Shown here one piece after another: positions 1-11,592 of a DNA stretch of 39,862 bases. Position numbers and translations under genes: made by a program. The DNA comes from Dehalococcoidales bacterium (GTDB lineage Bacteria; Chloroflexota; Dehalococcoidia; Dehalococcoidales; E44-bin46), in contig JAZGHN010000037.1 of assembly GCA_036481135.1 (NCBI GenBank), forward strand, positions 1-39,862. Reading direction: 5' to 3'. The notes beneath the pieces were generated by a model, which had not been told where the DNA came from, ran no database searches, and worked only from the letters and a program-made list of their open reading frames with translations. Position 1 is the stretch's first letter; every line of letters begins with the position of its first letter.

Positions 1-470
1 AAGAAGAGTGGAAGATGGTGGAAGAAACAAAGAAAATAATGCATGCCGATGATATAGCTATTTCGGCAACTTGTGCCCGAGTGCCGGTATACACCGGGCA
101 TAGCATGGCGGTTAATCTAGAATTCTCTCAGCCTATGTCCCCTGATGAGGCACGGCGCATTCTCGCCCAAGCCCCAGGAGTCAAGGTAGTAGACGAACCT
201 GTTATCAGTCTTTATCCTCAGGCATGGTCAGTAGCCGGCACCGACGAGGTTTTTGTGGGACGTATTCGGGTAGATACCTCCCACCCTAATGGTTTAGTTA
301 TGTGGATTGTTGCCGATAATCTACGCAAGGGAGCTGCTCTAAATACCGTCCAGATTGCTGAGGAGATGATTGAAAGAGAATGGGTACACCCCAGGGAGGC
401 TGCAAATGAAAGAACTAGGGCGATTGTTGACAGCGATGATAACCCCCTTCAACAAAGAAGGGGAGATTGA
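1..470 (+). CDS. asd: Aspartate-semialdehyde dehydrogenase, C-terminal part (the 5' end lies outside the window)
   Basis: The reading frame is open from the window edge (EEWKMVEETKKIM...). Asd-like C-terminal sequence: ISATCARVPV..GHS, VFVGRIR.D, WIVADNLRKGAALNTVQIAE. It sits next to dapA. Confidence 0.8.
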   Translation, partial: EEWKMVEETKKIMHADDIAISATCARVPVYTGHSMAVNLEFSQPMSPDEARRILAQAPGVKVVDEPVISLYPQAWSVAGTDEVFVGRIRVDTSHPNGLVMWIVADNLRKGAALNTVQIAEEMIEREWVHPREAANERTRAIVDSDDNPLQQRRGD

Positions 471-1296
471 CTATGAGCAAACCAAGAAGCTAACCTCAGC
501 CCTGCTTGACTCAGGGAGCGACGGGGTGGTGGTGGCCGCTACCACCGGAGAGTCCCCCACCATCACCTGGGAAGAGGAGTTTCGTCTATTCACCGAGGTA
601 AAATCAGCAGTAGGCAAAAAGGGGACGGTAATAGCCTACACCGGCAGCAATAGCACTGCTGAAGCCATAGAGGCCACTAAAAAGGCCGAGCAGATTGGGG
701 TTGATGCCTGCCTTTTAGTGGTCCCCTACTATAACAAACCCAGTCAAGATGGTTTATACCAGCACTTCAAGGCTATTGCCCAAGAGACCAGCCTGCCCTG
801 TATCCTTTATAATGTGCCGTCACGCACCGTGGTCGGCCTATCCGCCGACACCGCTATCAAACTAAGCCACATTGATAATATTATTGGGGTAAAGGAAGCC
901 AGCGGTAATCTGGATGCAATCTCCAAGATTATCAGTAACACCAGAGAGGATTTTTTGATCTGGAGCGGGAATGATGGTGATACCCTGCCCATCCTAACCC
1001 TGGGTGGCTATGGGGTCATCAGTGTCGCTTCACACCTTGTCGGTAGCCAGATAAAGAAAATGATTGACGCCTTCATCGACGGCAAGATAGACGAGGCAGC
1101 CAACATACACCATCGCCTTCTTCCTCTGATTAACGCCATATTTATTGTCTCCAACCCTGTTCCCCTTAAATACGCCCTTAACCATATCGGCTTCAATGTA
1201 GGCAAGCCACGACTGCCTCTCGTTGAGCCCAATGAAAAATCAGCCGCCGTCATCAAGGACACCCTGAAGAAATACAAGATTGACCTGCCGATATAA
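406..1296 (+). CDS. dapA: 4-hydroxy-tetrahydrodipicolinate synthase
   Basis: N-terminus MKELGRLLTAMITPF is typical of DapA, and there is a GGGAGG SD 6-7 nt upstream of the ATG at 406. The ORF track's TTG at 370 looks like an over-extension. Motifs AATTGES, YNVPSRT and GVKEASG are present. Confidence 0.9.
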   Translation: MKELGRLLTAMITPFNKEGEIDYEQTKKLTSALLDSGSDGVVVAATTGESPTITWEEEFRLFTEVKSAVGKKGTVIAYTGSNSTAEAIEATKKAEQIGVDACLLVVPYYNKPSQDGLYQHFKAIAQETSLPCILYNVPSRTVVGLSADTAIKLSHIDNIIGVKEASGNLDAISKIISNTREDFLIWSGNDGDTLPILTLGGYGVISVASHLVGSQIKKMIDAFIDGKIDEAANIHHRLLPLINAIFIVSNPVPLKYALNHIGFNVGKPRLPLVEPNEKSAAVIKDTLKKYKIDLPI

Positions 1297-1329
1297 GAGG
1301 AAAGCCCATCTTAATAGCTATCAAGCATG

Positions 1330-2628
<1,299 letters not shown>

Positions 2629-2668
2629 TTATACCATATTTAGCACTATAGATAAAGGCAACTGAGAG

Positions 2669-3277
2669 CTACTTGGTCTTTGTTTGCCTTTTTAAATAAA
2701 GTAACCTCTGACCGGCGGTGACAAAGCTAAATACCACTATAACAGCCAAGGCAATAATTAAAGCGTAATCAATAACCCGACTGGCCAAAAGCCCTATTGC
2801 CAGGGCAATTACCCTCTCAGGGCGAGTAAATAGTCCCACCCCACACTCTATACCCAGTGCCTCTCCCTTAGCCCTGAGATAGCTCACCAACGGCGAAGCG
2901 ATTAAAGCGAGACAGACAAATAGTATCCCCAAGGTGGGCCGATTTCCAGAGAGCAAATAGAAGATTAGAACACCTAAAAGCAGCACCGCCTCAGAGACGC
3001 GGTCAAGTGTGGAATCAAGGACAGCACCAAAAGGGGTAACCCGACCGATATGGCGCGCCAGTGCCCCATCCAGCATATCAAAAAAACCGGCAGCAAGCAC
3101 TATAAAGCCGGCAATGAAAGGGTGCCCGGTAGCGATAACGACAGCAGCAACAAGAGCAATAGAGAAGCCCAACCAGGTTAAGGTATTGGGGGTTATATGT
3201 GTCTTAACTAAGAACCGCACTATGGGCTCGGTAAGGCGAGAGGAGGTGGACTTACGCAGTCGGGGCAATTCCGTCAT
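2669..3277 (-). CDS. CDP-alcohol phosphatidyltransferase, probably phosphatidylinositol-phosphate synthase type
   Basis: D-x2-DG-x2-AR-x8-G-x3-D-x3-D motif (DMLDGALARHIGRVTPFGAVLDSTLDRV). Polytopic membrane protein. Operon context with an inositol-1-phosphate synthase and a GT4 transferase. The stop is TAG. Confidence 0.75.
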   Translation of the reverse strand: MTELPRLRKSTSSRLTEPIVRFLVKTHITPNTLTWLGFSIALVAAVVIATGHPFIAGFIVLAAGFFDMLDGALARHIGRVTPFGAVLDSTLDRVSEAVLLLGVLIFYLLSGNRPTLGILFVCLALIASPLVSYLRAKGEALGIECGVGLFTRPERVIALAIGLLASRVIDYALIIALAVIVVFSFVTAGQRLLYLKRQTKTK

Positions 3278-4494
3278 TAAATCCTGCTTCTCTGGGTAGA
3301 CACTCTATTCAATATTTCCTTGACCTTCGGGGGAATTAAGGAAACTTCTTCTCGCCGTACTTCTCGCTTTGTAAACTCACTACGCACTTTAATATAACAA
3401 CCCAGCACTTGCCGAGAGACGTGTTTCCAATCATACTCTGCTGCCCTAACTATCCCATTGGCTCCCAGCTGCCGCCGAAGTGACTCGTCACTCAGAACAG
3501 ATATTAGAGCTTGTGCTAAACTCCTCACATCTTTCGGTGGCACTAAAAGCCCCTCAACCCCATGGGTTATTAGGCTGGCATAGCCTGCTATATTTGAGGC
3601 AACAATGGGCGTCCCCACAGACATAGCCTCAAGCAAAATAATGCCAAAGCTTTCCCAACCAGTAGCTGGCGCACAGAAAACATCGGCTGTCTTATAATAC
3701 CGGGGTAAATCTTTATAGCTGGCATAGCCAACAAAAACGACATCCCTTAATCCGCTCTCCTCAACCTCTTTCTCATACTTAGCCCGCAGGTGGGTGCCAG
3801 GACCAACTATAATAAGCCGCGAATTGGGAATTTCCCGTTTAACCCGTTTATAAGCCTTAAGCAGATATTCCGCTCCTTTTCGTTTCTCCAGGCGACCAAC
3901 AAAGAGGATATTCAATTTCCCATCACAGAATTCATCTATGGGCGATACATCGGGAGAAAAATGCTCCGTATCCACCCCGTTGGGGATAATCTCATAGGAC
4001 CCAGGGAAGTACTTGCTAACAAATTGCATGGCTGGCTGAGACACTGCGATTTTACCATCGAGCCTGGGGAACAACCTACTCAACAGGAAAGTGCTAAGGG
4101 GCTTAAGAAGGCTATATCCTGGACTACCCTCAAAGGCATGAAAGGTTCCTACATTCGCCGTGCATGAAAAACGGAGCACACTGGGACATAACGAAGGCAT
4201 AAACGGCTCGTGAAGGTGGATAATATCAAATTTCTCTTCCTCAAGTACATCCTTTACATTCGGTCTCAATCTGAATGATATTGCCACGCGGGCAATAGAA
4301 CCGCTAGTAGGAAGGGGAAACGGTCTACCTATGCCGATAAACCTATCACCAAAGAGAGTAATCTCTTTAGAAGCAGGGGCAATGACCTTCACCTCGTGAC
4401 CCATCTGGGTTAAGTGACTATCCAGTGAGCAAATGTGATTGGCTACGCCACCAGGATAAGCAAAGTCATAAGGACAGACTAACGCTATCTTCAT
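3277..4494 (-). CDS. GT4-family glycosyltransferase (PimA-like context)
   Basis: MKIALVCPYDF..GGV N-terminus and C-terminal E-x7-E region (GWESFGIILLEAMSVGTPIVAS). Its stop overlaps the start of the downstream phosphatidyltransferase gene. Confidence 0.75.
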   Translation of the reverse strand: MKIALVCPYDFAYPGGVANHICSLDSHLTQMGHEVKVIAPASKEITLFGDRFIGIGRPFPLPTSGSIARVAISFRLRPNVKDVLEEEKFDIIHLHEPFMPSLCPSVLRFSCTANVGTFHAFEGSPGYSLLKPLSTFLLSRLFPRLDGKIAVSQPAMQFVSKYFPGSYEIIPNGVDTEHFSPDVSPIDEFCDGKLNILFVGRLEKRKGAEYLLKAYKRVKREIPNSRLIIVGPGTHLRAKYEKEVEESGLRDVVFVGYASYKDLPRYYKTADVFCAPATGWESFGIILLEAMSVGTPIVASNIAGYASLITHGVEGLLVPPKDVRSLAQALISVLSDESLRRQLGANGIVRAAEYDWKHVSRQVLGCYIKVRSEFTKREVRREEVSLIPPKVKEILNRVSTQRSRI

Positions 4495-4534
4495 TGATAT
4501 AGCCGTCTAACCCTCCACTGATTTACTCAAGATA

Positions 4535-5638
4535 TCACCGAGAAGAACGGCGTTTCTTTCCAGTTGCCGGAGCACCAATGATGAACTCTTCTACCATCCG
4601 ACGAGCTTCATCATCGGTATATTGAACCGGCGGCGATTTCATAAAGTAAGCAGAGGGAGCTATCAGTGCCCCCTTCAATCCACGGTCCAAGGCAAGCTTA
4701 CAGCACCTTATAGCATCGATAACCACCCCGGCTGAGTTCGGGCTATCCCACACCTCGAGTTTCAGCTCCAGATTTAGGGGAACATCACCAAAGGCTCGCC
4801 CTTCCATTCTAATATGACAAAACTTACGGTCCTTAAGCCAGGGAACATAATCACTGGGACCAACATGAATATCATCAGGGTCAAGCTTATAATCCAGCTG
4901 TGAGGTAACTGCGGTGGTCTTAGATATCTTCTTAGACTCCAGACGTTCCCGCTCTAACATATTTAAGAAGTCGGTGTTACCACCAAAATTCAACTGATAG
5001 GTCCGCTCCATCTTAACACCACGGTCTCTAAACAGCCTGGTAAGAACACGATGCACAATGGTGGCGCCAACCTGAGATTTTACATCATCGCCAATAACTG
5101 GCAGACCCCTTTCCTCAAAGCGCCTCTGCCAATACTTCTCTCGAGCGATAAAAACTGGGATACAGTTGACAAAGCCGCAGCCAGCCACCAGCACCTGCTC
5201 TATATACCATTTAGTTGCTTCCTCACTACCCACCGGCAAGTAATTAAGCACCACGTCAGTTTTGGTTTCCTTAAGGATTTTAACGACATCTGCTGTGGAG
5301 CCAGGCGCCCTCATTATCTTTTGAGATAGATACTTGCCTAAACCATCGTGAGTCATGCCGCGCTGAATTTTAACCCCTGTAGCCGGCACCTCAGTAAATT
5401 TAAAAGTGTTATTAGGGGAAGTAAAGATTGCCTCAGCCAGGTCCTTGCCCACCTTGTTCTTATCAATATCAAAGGCAGCGACAAAATTGATATCGCTTAT
5501 ATGATAACCGCCCAGGTTGACATGCATGAGGCCGGGCACCAAATCATTCTCCTTTGCCTCTTTATAGTAGGAAATACCCTGAATCAGGGATGAGGCACAG
5601 TTCCCTACTCCTATTACAGCTACATTTATTTTAGTCAA
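4535..5638 (-). CDS. ino1: myo-Inositol-1-phosphate synthase
   Basis: 367 aa with TTG start. N-terminal Rossmann motif [13 protein letters not shown]. Archaeal/actinobacterial-type MIPS features ([15 protein letters not shown]). Confidence 0.8.
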   Translation of the reverse strand: MTKINVAVIGVGNCASSLIQGISYYKEAKENDLVPGLMHVNLGGYHISDINFVAAFDIDKNKVGKDLAEAIFTSPNNTFKFTEVPATGVKIQRGMTHDGLGKYLSQKIMRAPGSTADVVKILKETKTDVVLNYLPVGSEEATKWYIEQVLVAGCGFVNCIPVFIAREKYWQRRFEERGLPVIGDDVKSQVGATIVHRVLTRLFRDRGVKMERTYQLNFGGNTDFLNMLERERLESKKISKTTAVTSQLDYKLDPDDIHVGPSDYVPWLKDRKFCHIRMEGRAFGDVPLNLELKLEVWDSPNSAGVVIDAIRCCKLALDRGLKGALIAPSAYFMKSPPVQYTDDEARRMVEEFIIGAPATGKKRRSSR

Positions 5639-5742
5639 AATCCTGCTTTCTCCTTCCTAACCCCAAAAAGTTACCCAATTTAACAAAGCAAACTAAATCA
5701 CTGCCACAACCACCACACCATCCTCAAAGAAATCGGCTGCTT

Positions 5743-5883
5743 TTAACCCCGACCAATCCTGAATACTTTCGTTCCACAGTTAGGGCAAATTCCCTTATTG
5801 GCTGGTCTCCCATTCTTCAAAGTAACTCGCTCTGCGTTCTTCATCTCTACTTTCTTCCTGCACTTAAAACAATACGCCTGCAT
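5743..5883 (-). CDS. Small zinc-ribbon protein, 46 aa (not in the ORF track)
   Basis: Hand translation: MQAYCFKCRKKVEMKNAERVTLKNGRPANKGICPNCGTKVFRIGRG*. CxxC...CxxC pattern, GAAGGAGG SD and a consensus promoter upstream. Confidence 0.6.
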   Translation of the reverse strand: MQAYCFKCRKKVEMKNAERVTLKNGRPANKGICPNCGTKVFRIGRG

Positions 5884-5927
5884 TTCTTTCTACCTCCTTC
5901 TCTACCCAGCGACTGGGCCCTATCTCT

Positions 5928-5955
5928 ATTATATGTAAGCTATGTAAGCTGTCAA
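5928..5955 (-). promoter_or_regulatory. Sigma70-type promoter, TTGACA-N16-TATAAT
   Basis: On the minus strand, TTGACA lies at 5955-5950 and TATAAT at 5933-5928 with a 16-nt spacer, about 45 nt upstream of the 46-aa zinc-ribbon ORF. Confidence 0.5.
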
Positions 5956-6001
5956 GACTTCTAAGATATCGCTACCAGAATCAGGCCTACCTATAGGCCA
6001 G

Positions 6002-6937
6002 CTACAAAAAAACTTTTTCAGGTTGCCACTGTCCCCTCTCTGGATTGAAGCGTAGCACTCCTAAGAAGCAGCCATCAAGGGTATAAACACGGCAACGGCT
6101 TTCGAGAGAAGGGAGAGTTATGGGAGGTTGTTTGGGACAAGCGGTTTCCCTGCTACTGCCATAGTTCCCTAAAACGAAGGGACGCCCATTCCTTATCAAC
6201 CGCCCGGTCTCATCAGTGACAATCATAGCTGCCCACTGCAACAGCACGATATCTATAGGGTAAATATAGCGCTGCCAATATCCGTAACGAAAGGCGTCCT
6301 CAAGCTGGGGCAGTGAAACAGCATCCTCAATATCAAAAACACCATATCTCAAACGGACCAGGCTCTTTAAATTAGCTCCACAACCCAGGGCTTGCCCTAA
6401 ATCATGAGCTAGTGAACGGATGTAGGTACCCTTGCCACATACCACCTCTATAGTGACCACAGGCGACTGCCAATCTACAAGCTCTAAACCATAGATTCTG
6501 GTCGACCTGCTTTTCCTTTCCACCTCGATGCCAGCTCGCGCCAATTGATAAAGTCGCTTACCACCATACTTCACGGCACTATACATTGGAGGAGTCTGCT
6601 GGATCAAACCACAAAAGGAAGCAAGTGTTGACTTCAATTGTTCCCGGCCGACCCCGGATGGGTCTCCCCTCTGGGTGACCTTGCCACTGGCATCGTAGGT
6701 ATCTGTAGCCACGCCCAATTCAATCTGAGCCCGATAAGCCTTGGTAGCCTCTGTCAAAAACTCAATAACACGTGTCCCCCTACCAAGGCAGACAGGTAAA
6801 ACGCCGGTGGCTTCAGGGTCGAGGGTGCCGGCGTGTCCCACACATCGCTCCCCACTCAGCCACCTCACCCTAGCCACCACGCTGAAAGAGGTCTCACCAC
6901 AAGGTTTATTGATATTCAGTATGCCATCCATCGTCAC
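6002..6937 (-). CDS. truB: tRNA pseudouridine-55 synthase
   Basis: GILNINKP.G.TS and GHAGTLDPEATGVLPVCLG (catalytic Asp motif). Follows rbfA in the infB operon order. The stop is TAG. Confidence 0.9.
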   Translation of the reverse strand: MTMDGILNINKPCGETSFSVVARVRWLSGERCVGHAGTLDPEATGVLPVCLGRGTRVIEFLTEATKAYRAQIELGVATDTYDASGKVTQRGDPSGVGREQLKSTLASFCGLIQQTPPMYSAVKYGGKRLYQLARAGIEVERKSRSTRIYGLELVDWQSPVVTIEVVCGKGTYIRSLAHDLGQALGCGANLKSLVRLRYGVFDIEDAVSLPQLEDAFRYGYWQRYIYPIDIVLLQWAAMIVTDETGRLIRNGRPFVLGNYGSSRETACPKQPPITLPSLESRCRVYTLDGCFLGVLRFNPERGQWQPEKVFL

Positions 6938-7767
6938 TTGTCTTTATCGGTACGGTCAATTAGCCCCTTTATAGCCCGGCTCCACCCCTCCGGACCAACC
7001 CCCTCAATCCGCTTCAGACGGGGTAGGTCTATTTCCTCCCACCGCCCTCCGGGCTTCTGTACCAAGATGGGAGTATCTACCGCTGCCAGCATGGGCAAAT
7101 CGTTAGGGCTATCACCGATACCCACTGCCTCTACCTGACCCAGCTTTTTACGGAATAAATCGGCAAGAATGGTGACAGCCCTGCCTTTATCGTTAGCCCC
7201 CATTACACCGTAGTAGCGCCCACCATGGGTATAATTGAGGCCTGCCTTCTTTATCGCCTTCAATACTCTACCCATCTCCTCAGGATTTTCTAGGGGCTTA
7301 ACCGTCTCATCGTATTCCCTCTCCTTGGCTCTCTGCGCTGCCCCCAGGTCTAAGCCAGCGTCTTTGGCTACCTCTTGGGCACTCATATCACCGAAACCCC
7401 TAAAATTGATGCCAAGCTCAGCTCTAAGTTGTTCCAAAATCCGCCTGATGTCACGGTAAGGACTACCCAGCTCGATTATCTGATATCCACCCCGGGCTTT
7501 ATCATAATCAAAACCAAAGGGGAAATAGCCTTGGGGTATGAAAATAGCACCCCCATTTTCCACTATAAAGGGGTCAGGTATTCCCAGTTCTTGGCGATAC
7601 ACTTCCTGCTCTGCTCTGGTCTTGTGGGAGCAAAACACAATAGGTATGCTCCTTTGCTGGAGACGCTCTATGAAGGGCAGAGCCCTTTCATAGGAATAGG
7701 TAACGGGGTCAAGCAAGGTGCCATCAAGGTCGGTAAAGACAACTAATTTAGGCAAGGAATCGCTCAT
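6934..7767 (-). CDS. mpgP: Mannosyl-3-phosphoglycerate phosphatase (HAD-IIB)
   Basis: VFTDLDGTLL HAD motif I and GIGDSPNDLPML motif IV. 277 aa, downstream of an MPGS-like gene. Confidence 0.7.
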   Translation of the reverse strand: MSDSLPKLVVFTDLDGTLLDPVTYSYERALPFIERLQQRSIPIVFCSHKTRAEQEVYRQELGIPDPFIVENGGAIFIPQGYFPFGFDYDKARGGYQIIELGSPYRDIRRILEQLRAELGINFRGFGDMSAQEVAKDAGLDLGAAQRAKEREYDETVKPLENPEEMGRVLKAIKKAGLNYTHGGRYYGVMGANDKGRAVTILADLFRKKLGQVEAVGIGDSPNDLPMLAAVDTPILVQKPGGRWEEIDLPRLKRIEGVGPEGWSRAIKGLIDRTDKDK

Positions 7768-7887
7768 AATATTTAGAATGACCGCAATATGGCAATACTA
7801 GGTAGGCAACGCCCACCGATGCCATCAGTCAACCTCTTATAGGATTCGCCAAGACCACCCCCTATCCGCGGCAAGAAGGGATACTTT

Positions 7888-9084
7888 TTACTCTTTCTCC
7901 TCCGGGAGAGAGTATGAGCTCATGTGCTCTTGCATAATTTCGGCGAACTTCTGGAGGTCGATCTGCTTCAATGGGGGGTAGAGGCGGGGCTGGGCTGGTT
8001 CCTCTTCCTGTCCAACAGCCTCCTGCTGTCGAAGTTCGCCCAGAATCACCTTCTTGGTTTCCCCTCCGCAGAGTGGAGAGTAATAGATAGCCCCAAGTCC
8101 CAGTGATAACATTCCTTGCCGATGCCGCCAGCCTTTTTCCTCGTGGAAGTGAGGGTTCCTCGTCTCTATCTGGCATATCTCGACGCCATGCTTGGCCGCT
8201 TTGGTGCGGTCAGGAGGCAATATGCCACCATACATCTCCAGGATAGATATGAGCTCCTGAGGCTCCACAGCATAACCTGAGGCATAGGGTAATTCCCTAG
8301 CCAGCTTAAGGGTCATAGCATGCTCACCAGCGCTCCCTGTCTTGATGATCTCACTCTCAAACCCCGTTTTGGCTGAAATAAGGGAGTTCAAACACTTATT
8401 GGTTATTTGGGACACCCGTCCCCATTTCTTGAAATACACGCCTCTTGACATCTTGGGTTTGTAGTGCCATAGAATCCTGACCATGGTATAGGGTGATTTA
8501 GTCATAGCGAAGCCACTCGCATAGCACTTAGCATACTCCCAGACAGCGCCAGGGAAATAGTTATCAGCGTCAATAAACCCTACATACTGCTTCTTCATCA
8601 TCATGGCGATAAGCATTGACACCAACATACCCTCAGCCTTCCCCTCTCGTACCCGCCCATCCTCAGCCAGAAGGTCAGGATAGCCAGCTTCCTCCAAGGC
8701 TTGAGCTAATGAGGGGTCTTTCTGATGGATAATCAAGGCTTGACGCCTAGTGAAGTGGCAGAACTGGTTCAGGGTATCCCTCTCCATCTTGAAGTGGTCA
8801 ACTCGTCTTCTCCGGCTATTGGAGAGTACTATTATCGGGCACTCATGTGGAATTCCGCTGATAACCCCCTCGAAGAGCTTGAGCTTCTCATCCTTGGTAG
8901 GGATAACAATGGCCATCTTCTTTTCAATATCCTTGATAACATCCTGCTCAATTTTCTGAACGGCAATCTTCTCCTCGACAGGTAATTCTTTAGCTCTGCC
9001 GGAGTCCAACTCCAACACCTTTTGCACATCATTGATTGTTACTGAGCCGATACGCTCGGTATTTCTAGAGGTTTCAATACGCAT
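7888..9084 (-). CDS. mpgS: Mannosyl-3-phosphoglycerate synthase (GT55)
   Basis: N-terminus MRIET..ERIGSVTINDVQKVLELDS and AIVIPTKDEKLKLFEGVISGIPHECPIIVLSNS resemble the archaeal/Thermus MPGS that I recall. 398 aa. Confidence 0.7.
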   Translation of the reverse strand: MRIETSRNTERIGSVTINDVQKVLELDSGRAKELPVEEKIAVQKIEQDVIKDIEKKMAIVIPTKDEKLKLFEGVISGIPHECPIIVLSNSRRRRVDHFKMERDTLNQFCHFTRRQALIIHQKDPSLAQALEEAGYPDLLAEDGRVREGKAEGMLVSMLIAMMMKKQYVGFIDADNYFPGAVWEYAKCYASGFAMTKSPYTMVRILWHYKPKMSRGVYFKKWGRVSQITNKCLNSLISAKTGFESEIIKTGSAGEHAMTLKLARELPYASGYAVEPQELISILEMYGGILPPDRTKAAKHGVEICQIETRNPHFHEEKGWRHRQGMLSLGLGAIYYSPLCGGETKKVILGELRQQEAVGQEEEPAQPRLYPPLKQIDLQKFAEIMQEHMSSYSLPEEKE

Positions 9085-9087
9085 ATA

Positions 9088-9435
9088 TTACCTCCTCCCG
9101 CTAACCTTATCGATTAGTTCTAAGAGACGGACCCCCCGTTCAATAGAATCATCCCAATGAAAGCTTAGCTCAGGAATGCGTCGTAACTTCAGACGCTTAG
9201 CTAGTTCCTTACGGAAGAAGCCTGAAGCACCGGCCAATACAGATAGTATCTCTTCCTTCTCTTTCTTATCACCTATACAACTTACGAATGCCTTAGCATG
9301 TCTCAGGTCATGAGAGGTAGCAACCTCGGTTATTGCAACAAAACTGCCAAGTCGAGGGTCCTTGACTTGGCGCTGTAGCAAATCGCTAATTTCCCGACGA
9401 AGGAGCTTATTTACCTGTTCGACACGATGCGTCAT
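9088..9435 (-). CDS. rbfA: Ribosome-binding factor A
   Basis: 115 aa with RVEQVNKLLRREIS and ITEVATSHDLRHAKAFVS. Immediately downstream of infB. Confidence 0.9.
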   Translation of the reverse strand: MTHRVEQVNKLLRREISDLLQRQVKDPRLGSFVAITEVATSHDLRHAKAFVSCIGDKKEKEEILSVLAGASGFFRKELAKRLKLRRIPELSFHWDDSIERGVRLLELIDKVSGRR

Positions 9436-9464
9436 AATTATCTCCCCAATTAGGGGCTCGCCTG

Positions 9465-11297
9465 TTACTTGGCTTCCTCCTTAAAGAACTCCAATATATC
9501 GCCAACCTGAAAATCATTAAAGTCCTTGACGCCAACCCCACACTCATAACCAGCAGCCACTTCCTTAACATCATCTTTAAAGCGCCTGAGACTGCTAACA
9601 GTAGATTCACATACCGATTCCTTCTCACGCCACACCCTAGCCGAGGCACCCATATTCACCATGCCCTCGGTAACATAGACACCGGCTACTTTTGCCTTCT
9701 TAACAGTAGGGAAGATAGCCCGCACCTCAGCCCGCCCCACAACAACCTCCACATACGAAGGCTCTAACATGCCCGTGAGTGCCTTACCCACATCATCCAC
9801 CAAATCGTAGATTACATCATAGGAACGAATGGTTACCCCTTCTACATCAGCCAATCGCCGCGCTCCTGGCTCACAGCCAGCACTGAAGCTAACAATGATG
9901 CCCTTGGAAGCGATAGCTAACATAACATCGCTCTCAGTAACATTACCAGTGCCACTACGGATAACTCTAACCCGCACTTCATCCGTTCCCAACTGCTCTA
10001 AAGAGCTTCTTATCGGCTCAATACTACCCTGAACATCAGTCTTGAGAATAATATTAAGCTCCTTCACTCGGCCGGCGCTTATCTGGTCATACAGATTACC
10101 CAGGTTCACTGATTTTGACTCTTTCTTCGTCTCCTCCTGGCGCTTTTGGATTAAAGCCTGAGCCTGGCGTTCACTAGCCACAGCCGTCAGGACATCCCCC
10201 ACCTGGGGCACAGTGGTTAAGCCGAGGATTTCCACCGGGGCAGCCAGCTCGGTCTTCCTCACCCGTTTACCCTTATCATTAAACATAGCCTTTATCCTAC
10301 CCCAGGTAGTGCCAACTACTATGGTATCGCCAACCTTTAAGATTCCGCTTTGAACTAACGCTGTGGCTAATGGCCCCTTAGTTTTGTCCAGTTTGGCTTC
10401 AATAACTACCCCCACCGCCGGCTGAAGAGGGTCTGCCTTAAGATCCTCCATCTCAGCTACGACCAAAAGATTTTCCAGTAGCTCAGGGATGCCTGTCTTC
10501 TCTTTGGCTGAAACGGAAACAGAGACCACATCGCCTCCCCACTCTTCAATGAGCAAACCAGCATCAGATAGCTGCTGTTTAACCTGGTCGATGTTAGCAT
10601 TGGGCTTATCAATCTTGTTAATAGCCACCATTATAGGAACCCCGGCTGCCCGGGCATGGTCTATCGCTTCCAAAGTCTGTGGCATTACCCCGTCATCAGC
10701 AGCCACCACCAGAATAACGATATCAGTGACCTGGGCCCCACGAGCTCGCATAGCAGTAAAGGCTTCGTGACCCGGCGTATCCAAGAAGGTAATCTTTTGT
10801 CCATTGACCTCCACTTGATAAGCACCAATATGCTGAGTAATACCCCCGGCCTCAGTAGCCATTACATCGGTTTGTCGAATAGCATCCAAAAGTCTAGTCT
10901 TGCCATGATTAACATGTCCCATAATGGTAACCACAGGGGGTCGTGGTTTTAAACCACTAGGCTCTCCACCTGGGAGATGTCGGGGCTTCTTAACCTGGCT
11001 AACAGCACCAGTTAGCTTTTGGCTCGTTCGAGGCTTCAGGCGTGCTTGGTGACCGAATTCTGCCGCTACCTCAGCCGCCACCTCGTAGTTAATGACCTGA
11101 TTAATATTAGCCATAATGCCCTTCCTCATCAGCTGCTTGATAACACTTATGGCACTAACCCCCACCAGGTCAGCCAGCTCCCTCACACTTAAGGTAGGAG
11201 GAAGCTCAAGCGAAGGTGCCTTCGCTGATGAGGAACCGCCACTGAGCTCCTCGCGTTTAGAGTCCGAAGTATTATTTGATTTAGCTACCTCTGCCAC
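9465..11297 (-). CDS. infB: Translation initiation factor IF-2
   Basis: G-domain motifs [13 protein letters not shown] and NKID. 610 aa, in nusA-ylxR-infB order. Confidence 0.95.
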   Translation of the reverse strand: MAEVAKSNNTSDSKREELSGGSSSAKAPSLELPPTLSVRELADLVGVSAISVIKQLMRKGIMANINQVINYEVAAEVAAEFGHQARLKPRTSQKLTGAVSQVKKPRHLPGGEPSGLKPRPPVVTIMGHVNHGKTRLLDAIRQTDVMATEAGGITQHIGAYQVEVNGQKITFLDTPGHEAFTAMRARGAQVTDIVILVVAADDGVMPQTLEAIDHARAAGVPIMVAINKIDKPNANIDQVKQQLSDAGLLIEEWGGDVVSVSVSAKEKTGIPELLENLLVVAEMEDLKADPLQPAVGVVIEAKLDKTKGPLATALVQSGILKVGDTIVVGTTWGRIKAMFNDKGKRVRKTELAAPVEILGLTTVPQVGDVLTAVASERQAQALIQKRQEETKKESKSVNLGNLYDQISAGRVKELNIILKTDVQGSIEPIRSSLEQLGTDEVRVRVIRSGTGNVTESDVMLAIASKGIIVSFSAGCEPGARRLADVEGVTIRSYDVIYDLVDDVGKALTGMLEPSYVEVVVGRAEVRAIFPTVKKAKVAGVYVTEGMVNMGASARVWREKESVCESTVSSLRRFKDDVKEVAAGYECGVGVKDFNDFQVGDILEFFKEEAK

Positions 11298-11592
11298 TGA
11301 TAGACTCCCCTAAAAGCTCTTCACCATATCCGATAAGCTGTTCTCGATTATCCGGGGTAAGAGTAGTCCGTAGAGCATGCTCCAGCTGATTACCCTTTAG
11401 CCCCACCTCCCAACACTGTGGCGCCTGACATAAATAAGCACCACGCCCCGCCTTCCTTCCCTCGGCATCACCCTCTACTCTACCATCAGAAACACGCACC
11501 AAACGGACTAGCTCTGGTTTGGGTCTTACCTCACGACAAGCCACACAGGTCCGCTGGGGTACATGCCGGTTAATACTATTCAGTCTTCTCAA
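11281..11592 (-). CDS. ylxR: YlxR/DUF448 family RNA-binding protein
   Basis: [19 protein letters not shown] and GRGAYLC motifs. Lies between nusA and infB and overlaps both. Confidence 0.8.
   Translation of the reverse strand: MRRLNSINRHVPQRTCVACREVRPKPELVRLVRVSDGRVEGDAEGRKAGRGAYLCQAPQCWEVGLKGNQLEHALRTTLTPDNREQLIGYGEELLGESISGRGS

Noticed and set aside
370-405. ORF-track start of dapA at TTG 370
   Set aside because: The ATG at 406 gives the conserved DapA N-terminus and has a proper SD. The extension would overlap asd by 100 nt.
7862-8176. 104-aa minus-strand ORF overlapping the 3' end of mpgS in another frame
   Set aside because: It is Arg/Gly/Pro-rich, consistent with an off-frame artefact, and is fully nested in a well-supported gene.
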